From NCBI GenBank assembly GCA_001816585.1, contig MHCJ01000001.1, forward strand, positions 21,538 through 85,537: a DNA stretch of 64,000 bases, given 5' to 3'. This DNA comes from Candidatus Chisholmbacteria bacterium RIFCSPHIGHO2_01_FULL_52_32. Its GTDB lineage: Bacteria; Patescibacteriota; Microgenomatia; UBA1400; Chisholmbacteraceae. The position numbers and the translations under genes were made by a program. Shown here one piece after another: positions 15,967 through 23,468 of the stretch (position 1 is the first letter of the stretch; each line of letters begins with the position of its first letter). Below the pieces are notes generated by a model. It ran no database searches and had not been told where the DNA came from. It saw only the letters and a program-made list of their open reading frames with translations.

Positions 15967-17115
15967 CTACTTCTGCACCCGAACGGGCATGATCAGATGA
16001 AAAAAAGCTTCCTTTTCAGAAGCAGGGCGGAACACCCCGGGATCCAATCCCCCATTCATTCCAAACACTATCTTCTCCGTCGGAAAAATGGACAAAAGCT
16101 CTAAAAGATACCGGCTGTTAAAAGCGATCTCGCCCTCCCCTCCGGAAAGAGAAATCTCAACCATGTTTTCGCCTTCACCATATGAAGGGGCGTTGGCAGA
16201 AATCGTCAGTCCGGTCTTCTGAAGCTTCCACTGAATGATGTTTGCGCTATCCCGAGCAAAAATCGCAGCCGCTCGAACTGCCCTGAGGAGGGACTCACGA
16301 TCGATGTTCGCCACAATCTTCTCCTCTTTGGGAATAACTTGAGAAAAGTTGGGGAAAGACCCCTCGATGAGCCGGGTTGTCACTTCCCCGTCGCCAAGGC
16401 GGAACATGAGAAGATTCTGTTCAGGAACGAGCCCAAAAGACACTTCGGAAGCGCCAAGCTCATCCGCCAAACGGTCGACATCCCGTAAAGCGCGTGCCGG
16501 GACAATCAATCCCTCTCCTACCACCTTTTTTAGTGCCTTCTGCCACTTCTCTCCTTTCTTTTCCGAATCGGATGAAAGCTGTACCACGCTCAAGCGATAG
16601 CCATCGGTAGCTACAAACTGTAGTCCATTCCCTTCAAGCCTCAGCAAAACGCCGGAGAGGACCGGCCGTGTCTCATCGGAGGATGCCGCAAACACAACCC
16701 TCTCCACTGCCTCCCGAAACGAAGAAACAGGGAGGGAAAACTCCCCGGTACCCGAAACTTGGCTTAAAGATGGAAACTCCATCGCAGGAATACCGGAAAG
16801 TCGGGCCCGATAGGAACCGCACTGGATCCGAAGCGATTCTCCCTCCAAAGACAGCTCAACCGGAGCCAGCGGAAAAGACGAAACAAGCTCACCAAAAACC
16901 TTCGCCGGAACCGTTATCGCTCCCTCTTTCTTTACCTTCGCCCCAATCCGAAGCTGAATCCCCAGACTTAAGTCCGTCGCAGCCAGCTGGAGGATTCCCT
17001 CTTTCGCTGTCAGCAGAACATTCGAAAGAATAGGCAGAGACGGTTTAGAAGAAACCGCATAGGCAACTGACGAGAGACCCTTAACGAGCTTATCCTGAAG
17101 AACTGAAACCTGCAT
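15967..17115 (-). CDS. dnaN: DNA polymerase III beta sliding clamp
   Basis: 382 aa with typical three-domain clamp sequence (LSNVLLTAKEGILQLAATDL...). Adjacent to dnaA. Confidence 0.9.
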   Translation of the reverse strand: MQVSVLQDKLVKGLSSVAYAVSSKPSLPILSNVLLTAKEGILQLAATDLSLGIQLRIGAKVKKEGAITVPAKVFGELVSSFPLAPVELSLEGESLRIQCGSYRARLSGIPAMEFPSLSQVSGTGEFSLPVSSFREAVERVVFAASSDETRPVLSGVLLRLEGNGLQFVATDGYRLSVVQLSSDSEKKGEKWQKALKKVVGEGLIVPARALRDVDRLADELGASEVSFGLVPEQNLLMFRLGDGEVTTRLIEGSFPNFSQVIPKEEKIVANIDRESLLRAVRAAAIFARDSANIIQWKLQKTGLTISANAPSYGEGENMVEISLSGGEGEIAFNSRYLLELLSIFPTEKIVFGMNGGLDPGVFRPASEKEAFFHLIMPVRVQK

Positions 17116-17288
17116 AATTCCCTCCTGAATAATGATTATAAACAGTTGTTCCGAAAGAAGATATCAACAAACATTAAAAGCCACCTTCCTCCGTCCTACT
17201 ACAGAGTATATATAGTAGTAAGAGTAGCAGGTGTTGAGGAAAAGTATAAAACTCACGACTCTCCCTCTGTTAGTTTCTTCATTCCTTC

Positions 17289-17355
17289 GTGTGCAAAAAA
17301 GGACCTGTTATTGTGGAAAAGATTGTGGAAAAAAGGGGATAGTTTGTGGAAAAAC
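17289..17355. promoter_or_regulatory. cluster of four DnaA-box variants (GTGTGCAAAA, TTGTGGAAAA x2, TTTGTGGAAAAA) in the dnaN-dnaA intergenic region
   Basis: Direct repeats of TGTGGAAAA, one mismatch from the TGTGGATAA consensus, spaced 13-20 nt. An AT-rich stretch (AGTATATATAGTAGTAAG, 17197-17215) lies nearby. Confidence 0.55.
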
Positions 17356-17421
17356 CGAAACCTCCCCGGGAGGTATCGTTCAAGGACAAGCCATGTCCGA
17401 GCCTGGAAAGAGCCAAGATAG

Positions 17422-18798
17422 CTAACCATATATTTTTTTACGAATAGTAGAAAGATCGATGCGCAAGGATTCGGAATCGGAAAGCTCGTTGCTGATTTTT
17501 TCGATGGCATGCATGACCGTAGTGTGATCGCGCCCCCCGAGAAGACCCCCAATTTCCTCAAGGGGAAGATGGTGGTCCATGCGAAGGATATACATCGCAA
17601 GGTGCCGCGGCCCAACATAGATCTTTAGCCGCTTTGGTCCCTCAAGGATGGAGGATTTGAGGTTGAAGTGAGCGGCAACGATATGAATAACCTCCTTGGG
17701 TCGTGCGGTCGGCCGCAAGCGAGCCTCTCGATCGTTAAGATTGGATAAAAGGCCGCGTACGAGCTCTTCGGAGATTGGCTGGTTACGAAGCCGTGCTTCA
17801 GAAACGAGACGGGTCAAAAACCCCTCGAGTTTACGGGCGCTCTCAACATTTGCAGAGATGAGCTTTGCCGCATCGATGGGAAGAGTAACATGAAGCGTTC
17901 TGGCTTTAATAAGAAGAATGGCGGTCCGGAGCTCAAAATTAGGTTGTTGAATATCGATAATCAAGCCTCCCTCAAAACGGCTTCGCAGCCGATCCTCAAG
18001 GCCATCAATCGCGTGAGGGGGTTGGTCTGAAACCAGAACAACCTGTCCCCCTTCGCGTTGAATGGCATTGAAGGTATGGAAAAATTCCTCCTGTACCGTG
18101 GCTTTCCCAGCGATGAACTGGATGTCATCGATGAAGAGAGCGCTTGCGCTGCGGTACTTTTTCTTGAAAGGATGGGTCTCTTTCCGCCGGATGGCCTCGA
18201 TGATTTCGTTGGTAAATTCTTCCCCAGTACAATAGATGAGGGAAAGGTCCGGATGGTCTTTGAGCATCACATGACAAATGGCCTGGGTGAGGTGGGTTTT
18301 CCCCACCCCGACACCCCCGTAAATATAGAGGAGATTGTAGGCTCGTCCGGGAGACTTTGCCACCGCCTGTGCCGCGGCATGGGCCATCTCATTTGAGGAA
18401 GAAACCGCAAATGTTTCGAAAGTAAAGTCCTCCCGAAGCCGGACCCGCAGGACAGCGTCATGGTAAAGCTGAGCGAAGGTATCTTCTGATCGAAAAAGGG
18501 GGGCAGCTTCAGAAATTGGGACAGACGGGGCAGCGGTGAAACTGGCAACGGTTAAGACCAGCTCATTGTTTTGTTTGGTGATGCGATCCAACGCCTCTTT
18601 TATCTGGCCGACGTAGCGTTCTTCAATGAATTGCTTGTGATATGCGCTTGAGCAGGCAATCTCGACGATCTGTCGGCCAACATCAACCTGTTGAACCCGT
18701 ACCAGGTGAGTCGGAGCCATCCACGTCATAAAATTACCGTGGGATAACGAGACTTCAAGGTCGGACAGAACAGTTTTCCACAATTGAGCTGTGGTCAT
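17422..18798 (-). CDS. dnaA: chromosomal replication initiator protein DnaA
   Basis: AAA+ motifs GGVGVGKTHL and LFIDDIQF; C-terminal DNA-binding domain (RDHTTVMHAIEKI). Start set at conserved MTTAQLWKTV (ATG 18796-18798). The longer ORF to 19116 would overlap rpmH. Confidence 0.9.
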   Translation of the reverse strand: MTTAQLWKTVLSDLEVSLSHGNFMTWMAPTHLVRVQQVDVGRQIVEIACSSAYHKQFIEERYVGQIKEALDRITKQNNELVLTVASFTAAPSVPISEAAPLFRSEDTFAQLYHDAVLRVRLREDFTFETFAVSSSNEMAHAAAQAVAKSPGRAYNLLYIYGGVGVGKTHLTQAICHVMLKDHPDLSLIYCTGEEFTNEIIEAIRRKETHPFKKKYRSASALFIDDIQFIAGKATVQEEFFHTFNAIQREGGQVVLVSDQPPHAIDGLEDRLRSRFEGGLIIDIQQPNFELRTAILLIKARTLHVTLPIDAAKLISANVESARKLEGFLTRLVSEARLRNQPISEELVRGLLSNLNDREARLRPTARPKEVIHIVAAHFNLKSSILEGPKRLKIYVGPRHLAMYILRMDHHLPLEEIGGLLGGRDHTTVMHAIEKISNELSDSESLRIDLSTIRKKIYG

Positions 18799-18886
18799 AG
18801 CAGTCAAGAGGCAGGGGAAAACCAGGTTAGTAACAGGCGGCCCTACAAAAGGGGAAGGAACCGCAAGCGTGAAGATCTTTGCAAGT

Positions 18887-18994
18887 TTTCCACAATTAGT
18901 CAACCCACAGATTCCCCAAAAGTGGAAAAAATAATGAGGCGCAAGCGGACGCGTACCCGCGCTATCGTCCGGTTCTTCAACCGACGTGGAAAAG
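18887..18994. promoter_or_regulatory. DnaA-box variants TTTTCCACAA (18887-18896), AGTGGAAAAA (18921-18930) and CGTGGAAAAG (18985-18994) in the dnaA-rpmH intergenic region; candidate oriC and dnaA promoter region
   Basis: Read directly. Same 9-mer core as the 17289-17355 cluster. Confidence 0.5.
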
Positions 18995-19006
18995 CGAAAC
19001 CGGGGG

Positions 19007-19015
19007 TGGTAGAAT
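19007..19015 (+). promoter_or_regulatory. extended -10 promoter TGgTAGAAT for rpmH
   Basis: GGTGGTAGAATACG lies 28 nt upstream of ATG 19043. SD-like AAAGGGG lies between. Confidence 0.45.
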
Positions 19016-19042
19016 ACGTTTAAACAGAGAAAGGGGCTGAAG

Positions 19043-19195
19043 ATGCCAAAAAGAACCTGGCAACCAAAAAAAAGAAAGCGGGCCAAAAAGCACGGCTTCC
19101 GAAACAGACAAAGCACAAAACAGGGAAGAAAGACGATGAAAAGAAGACGCGCGAAGGGAAGGAAAACGCTCGCAGTAGTGGTAAAGAGGCGATAG
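19043..19195 (+). CDS. rpmH: 50S ribosomal protein L34
   Basis: 50-aa [53 protein letters not shown]. Below the ORF-track length cutoff; found by manual translation. Sits in the canonical position upstream of rnpA. Confidence 0.85.
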   Translation: MPKRTWQPKKRKRAKKHGFRNRQSTKQGRKTMKRRRAKGRKTLAVVVKRR

Positions 19196-19217
19196 CATCT
19201 TTATCTCCCCTCTCTGG

Positions 19218-19253
19218 AACTTTTCACTTTTCACTTTTAACTTTAAACTGTAT
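19218..19253 (+). promoter_or_regulatory. recurrent upstream motif copy D (AACTTTTCACTTTTCACTTTTAACTTTAAACTGTATT)
   Basis: Lies 9 nt upstream of ATG 19263 (rnpA). TTCACT-N16-TAAACT is promoter-like. Confidence 0.45.
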
Positions 19254-19262
19254 TCTTTCCCT

Positions 19263-19613
19263 ATGTTCCCAAAGCCAAACCGCCTAGAGCTCCGCTCTGA
19301 AATTGGCAGGCTGAAAAGCAGAGGCAAGCGCACGCAAGGGGAAATGATTGATCTTGTGGTGGCGCCAAGGGAGGAAAGCCTCTCCCCCCGCTTCGCCTGC
19401 ATCGTAACGAAAAAAATTGCCAAACAGGCAACCGAAAGAAACCGGGTGAAACGGCTTCTCCGCGCAGGTACTCGTGCGCTCCTCAAGGATATCAGAGGTG
19501 GGAGTGATGTCCTGATTATCGCGAAAGCACCCGCTGTAGGCAGAGGAGAAAAAAGGGTACAGGAAGAACTGCGCCGAACTCTGAAGAAAGCTGGCCTGAT
19601 AGAGGAAACCTAG
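19263..19613 (+). CDS. rnpA: ribonuclease P protein component
   Basis: RNR motif KQATERNRVKRLLRA. 116 aa. Confidence 0.85.
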   Translation: MFPKPNRLELRSEIGRLKSRGKRTQGEMIDLVVAPREESLSPRFACIVTKKIAKQATERNRVKRLLRAGTRALLKDIRGGSDVLIIAKAPAVGRGEKRVQEELRRTLKKAGLIEET

Positions 19614-19856
19614 ATGCTAAAATCCTTTGCACGCTCGCTCACTCGCCTCTATCAGAGAGCCGCGCCATACAGAAACGCCTTGGTAAAAATCATCAATCCT
19701 TCGGCAGAGAAGTCCTGTAGATTCACACCGACCTGCTCACAGTATATGTATGAGGCGATCGAAAGGTATGGTATAGTAAAAGGCATTCTTCTGGGAGGAA
19801 GAAGAATCCTGCGTTGCCATCCGTGGTCGGTTGGAGGCTACGACCCGGTGCCCTGA
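19614..19856 (+). CDS. yidD: membrane protein insertion efficiency factor YidD
   Basis: [10 protein letters not shown]...[13 protein letters not shown] hallmark. Confidence 0.85.
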   Translation: MLKSFARSLTRLYQRAAPYRNALVKIINPSAEKSCRFTPTCSQYMYEAIERYGIVKGILLGGRRILRCHPWSVGGYDPVP

Positions 19857-19913
19857 AGAACAAGCAAAGCCAAGAAAAAACAGGGGGAGAACCTCGAATC
19901 GGGAAGACAGCAA

Positions 19914-20696
19914 ATGGAAATATTCAAAATCCTACTCTATCAACCATTGCTAAAGGGCTTAATTTTCCTCACGGGAATGTTTGCCGGGAGCTTCGGGGTG
20001 GCCATTATTGTCTTCACCTTTTTGATCCGAGCCATCCTCATTCCCCTCTCTCTTCCGGCCATGAAATCAGCAAAGAAGATGAAAGATTTAAAACCACACT
20101 TGGATGAGATAAAGAAACGTTTTGGGAATGACAAGAAAAGAGTCCAGATGGAACAACTCAATCTCTATAAGGAGCACGGGATAAACCCGGCCGCAGGGTG
20201 CATTCCCACCTTGGTGCAGTTTGCAGTACTCATCGCCATTTATCAGGTCTTCATCGACTTCATCGGGAAGGGGGCGGTGGATTCTCACACTGTCAATATG
20301 AGTTTTTTATGGATGGACCTCTCAAAGCCCGATCAATGGTATATCCTTCCGATATTTGCAGGCGTTTCACAGTTGGCGCTCTCCCAAATGCTCATGGCTG
20401 GAAAGGAACACCACGAACAGAAAGACCTCAAGCCCGCTGTCGTCAGTGAGGAAAAATCGAAAAGCGCGCCAACCAAACAGGAGGGTACCCAAGAAATGGC
20501 GGAGGCAATCCAACAGCAGATGCTGTATGTGATGCCGGTGATGACGGCCCTGATCGCTCTGAGGCTTCCTTCGGGGCTCGCGGTATATTGGGTAGCCACG
20601 ACGGTGTTCTCAATCATTCAGCAGTATGTCGTCAGTGGACCGGGCGGTCTGGCTACGGTGGTAGACAGGCTAAAAGGAGGGATTCGACATGGATGA
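19914..20696 (+). CDS. yidC: membrane protein insertase YidC/Oxa1 family
   Basis: LYQPLLKGL...AIIVFTFLIRAILIPLS...NPAAGCIPTLVQ motifs. 260 aa. Confidence 0.85.
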   Translation: MEIFKILLYQPLLKGLIFLTGMFAGSFGVAIIVFTFLIRAILIPLSLPAMKSAKKMKDLKPHLDEIKKRFGNDKKRVQMEQLNLYKEHGINPAAGCIPTLVQFAVLIAIYQVFIDFIGKGAVDSHTVNMSFLWMDLSKPDQWYILPIFAGVSQLALSQMLMAGKEHHEQKDLKPAVVSEEKSKSAPTKQEGTQEMAEAIQQQMLYVMPVMTALIALRLPSGLAVYWVATTVFSIIQQYVVSGPGGLATVVDRLKGGIRHG

Positions 20697-21204
20697 AAGG
20701 ACGCTGGCGGAGAACACCGCAAAAGAACTTTTGGAGAAACTGGGGTTTTCAAATGCCACGATTGCCACAACTGAGGATGAGGAAAAAAGGCTGAACATCC
20801 AGATTGACGTGGAACCCGAAGATTCAGGAATGCTGATTGGATTTCATGGGGAAACGCTTCAGGCGATGCAGTTGATTCTCTCCCAGATGATCTACAAACA
20901 GGCGGGACAATGGCGGACAATAACCGTAAACATTGGTGATTACCGGCAGAAGCGCCAACTTGCGTTGGAAAGCATGGCTGCAAATGCAGCCCAAAGGGTA
21001 AAGCTCACTGGCCTTAGCCTAACCTTGCCGTATCTCTCAAGTTATGAACGCCGCCTGATTCACCTCGCTATCTCCCAAGATCCGGGATTGGAAACCTTTT
21101 CTCAGGGAGAAGGGAAGGACCGCCGACTGGTAATTGCCCCGAAAAAGGATATGGTGAAGGAAGAACAACCCGAATCAGAAAACAACTCCAAACCGAATGC
21201 GTAA
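20689..21204 (+). CDS. jag: Jag/KhpB-family RNA-binding protein (KH + R3H domains)
   Basis: R3H motif YERRLIHLAI. Canonical position after yidC, with an 8-nt overlap. Confidence 0.75.
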   Translation: MDERTLAENTAKELLEKLGFSNATIATTEDEEKRLNIQIDVEPEDSGMLIGFHGETLQAMQLILSQMIYKQAGQWRTITVNIGDYRQKRQLALESMAANAAQRVKLTGLSLTLPYLSSYERRLIHLAISQDPGLETFSQGEGKDRRLVIAPKKDMVKEEQPESENNSKPNA

Positions 21205-22498
21205 AAAGCTTCTTTCCGTTGAGAGGGTAATCTTGGCGGCGCTGATCATCCTCTTACCCACCCAGACGGGAAAGCATTTCTGGCCAGCCTTCGCCTACAT
21301 CAACGGAATCCGCGTTGATTACCTCTCCCCGACCCTTTATTGCACGGATCTCCTGATCCTTGCCCTTGTCTTGATATGGGTCATGAGAAAGGGGCACGGA
21401 CACGGAAAAAAGCTGATGACCAAAAGAGGGGCAATCGGAATTGGATTAAGCCTGCTTTGTATTGGTCTAAACACCGCAGGCTCGACTAGACCATTCCTAA
21501 CCCTCTACGCCTGGGCGAAGCTGGGGATAGCCGCGTCCCTGTTCTGGTATGTCAAATCCGAAGCGGTCTCAATCTTGAAATCCGTACATTCCTTTCTTCC
21601 GATCGCCCTGACACTTTCATCCCTGCTCGCCATTGCTCAAACGGTAAAGCAGAGTTCGCTCGGAGGCCCCTGGTACTTGCTTGGAGAACGTTGGTTTTCG
21701 CTTGCAACGCCGGGAATAGCCACCACCCAAATATGGGGAAGATTATTTCTTAGGCCCTATGCCACATTTCCCCACCCCAACGCCCTCGCCGGCTTCATCC
21801 TCGCCTCCTTGCTCTTCATGCTGGGAGATAGCCGTAGACAGAAAACTATCTCTACAGGAACAATGGTTACCCTCGGTCTCAGTACTCTCGCAATTGCCCT
21901 GTCTTTCTCCCAATCTGCCTGGATCGTGACGCTTCTTGCCGCGGGCGTGCTGCTGGTAAGGAAATTTGGTAAAAAAGCCGTCCCCTTGCTGATTATCGCG
22001 GCACTCGTGTTCTTCTGGACAATGAAAGAATTTCCCTTGGAGAAGGATTCGATCCTTCTTCGCCAAATCGGTTCGAGGGCCGCGATAACGATGATCGAAA
22101 GCCACACAGCCCTGGGGGTCGGTTTAGGCAACTTTATTCCAAGCCTCGATTTCCTCGAGCCAAGAAAGTCTGTCATCCCGTCCCCCTTTCTTTTTTATCA
22201 GCCTGTCCATAATGTCTTTCTTCTTCTGGGTGCGGAAATCGGCCTCCTCGGTCTCGTAGGTTTCGTATGGCTTTTTGGAAAAGGTCTATCTGAAGCCAGC
22301 CGGAAGGGGATGATCGGGACGGCCTCTTCACTTGGCGTAATACTTCTGCTCGGTTTTGTCGATCATTATTGGATCACGCTTCAACAAACCCGACTGCTCT
22401 TTATAATCATTCTCGCCACCGCTTTTAGGACAACTCCCAAACAAAGTCTGCACCACCAGCCGAATGACAGAACCTTGCTAAAGTCTCATTCAAGATGA
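21197..22498 (+). CDS. O-antigen ligase (Wzy_C/WaaL) family membrane protein
   Basis: About 10 TM helices plus the signature LGVGLGNF....HNVFLLLGAEIGLLG (H-N...E-G..G). Confidence 0.6.
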   Translation: MRKKLLSVERVILAALIILLPTQTGKHFWPAFAYINGIRVDYLSPTLYCTDLLILALVLIWVMRKGHGHGKKLMTKRGAIGIGLSLLCIGLNTAGSTRPFLTLYAWAKLGIAASLFWYVKSEAVSILKSVHSFLPIALTLSSLLAIAQTVKQSSLGGPWYLLGERWFSLATPGIATTQIWGRLFLRPYATFPHPNALAGFILASLLFMLGDSRRQKTISTGTMVTLGLSTLAIALSFSQSAWIVTLLAAGVLLVRKFGKKAVPLLIIAALVFFWTMKEFPLEKDSILLRQIGSRAAITMIESHTALGVGLGNFIPSLDFLEPRKSVIPSPFLFYQPVHNVFLLLGAEIGLLGLVGFVWLFGKGLSEASRKGMIGTASSLGVILLLGFVDHYWITLQQTRLLFIIILATAFRTTPKQSLHHQPNDRTLLKSHSR

Positions 22499-22609
22499 TG
22501 CAGATGATTGCTCAAGCATTGAACACCGGGATAACAGAAGGCCGTATTCTTTTCTTGAGCGTAGTGATGGTGTTAAAATTAACACATCTCTGTATGGAAT
22601 GGGAGAGCG

Positions 22610-23107
22610 ATGAACAATAACACCAACCGGGAAAAAGATACCGAGTTTTCCATTTACTGTGACGGCGGGGCCCGTGGCAACCCGGGGCCGGCGGCAATTG
22701 GTTTTGTGGTCAGAGGCGCTGAAGGGAAACCGATGCACCGCGAAGCCCGCGAGATAGGAAAGGCAACCAACAACATGGCAGAATACCAAGCGGTTATCGC
22801 CGCACTTGAATGGCTTGCAAAGTATAAAACCACCAACAGCCTTCCAAGAGAAATAAGGGTTTTTCTCGACTCGCGCCTAGTAGTGAACCAGCTAAACGGG
22901 ATGTTTAGGGTAAAAGACGCAAAACTCAAAGGCTTGACTCTTCGAGTCAGGGAACTAGAGAGAGCTTCCGGTCTGACGGTAGGAAATGAAGAGTTGTTTG
23001 TTAGTAAACGGGAAAACGCAGTCTCCTATGAAGCAATTCCCCGCGAAATGAACACCGAAGCAGATAGTCTTGTCAACGCCGCCCTCGATAAACTTCCTAT
23101 ACCGTGA
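22610..23107 (+). CDS. rnhA: ribonuclease HI
   Basis: CDGGARGNPGPAAIGFV, NNMAEYQAVIAAL, DSRLVVNQ and EADSLVNAA motifs (DEDD catalytic residues). Confidence 0.8.
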   Translation: MNNNTNREKDTEFSIYCDGGARGNPGPAAIGFVVRGAEGKPMHREAREIGKATNNMAEYQAVIAALEWLAKYKTTNSLPREIRVFLDSRLVVNQLNGMFRVKDAKLKGLTLRVRELERASGLTVGNEELFVSKRENAVSYEAIPREMNTEADSLVNAALDKLPIP

Positions 23108-23468
23108 TCCCCTGACACACCGAAAAAGCCGAAAAGTTGAAAAATCGAGTCGCGAAAATCATTCGAGACAAACAACTTTAAGATGGTCTAAAACATAAAC
23201 ATTATGGGTTAAGAAAAAAGTGAGAATAAGACAGGCAAAGAAAAAAAGGGAACTCAAGCGAAGACATGTGAAAAGAAGTCATAACGAAAAAAGTGCGTAA
23301 CAAGGGGCAAAAAAGCCACCTCAACCAGACAAAGAAGAAATAGAAAAAGAGTAAGAAAGATAAAGACTAATCAGAAAAAGAATTCTCCAGGCCGTAGTGG
23401 GGAAGAACCCGAAACATTATTGCTCTGCCACACGCAATTGAGTAACATGAAAGTCAAAAGCAGGAACA

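Noticed and set aside
18799-19116. N-terminal extension of the dnaA ORF (564-aa version)
   Set aside because: The conserved DnaA N-terminus begins at MTTAQLWKTV (ATG 18796-18798). The extension would overlap rpmH on the opposite strand and contains the DnaA-box and promoter region.
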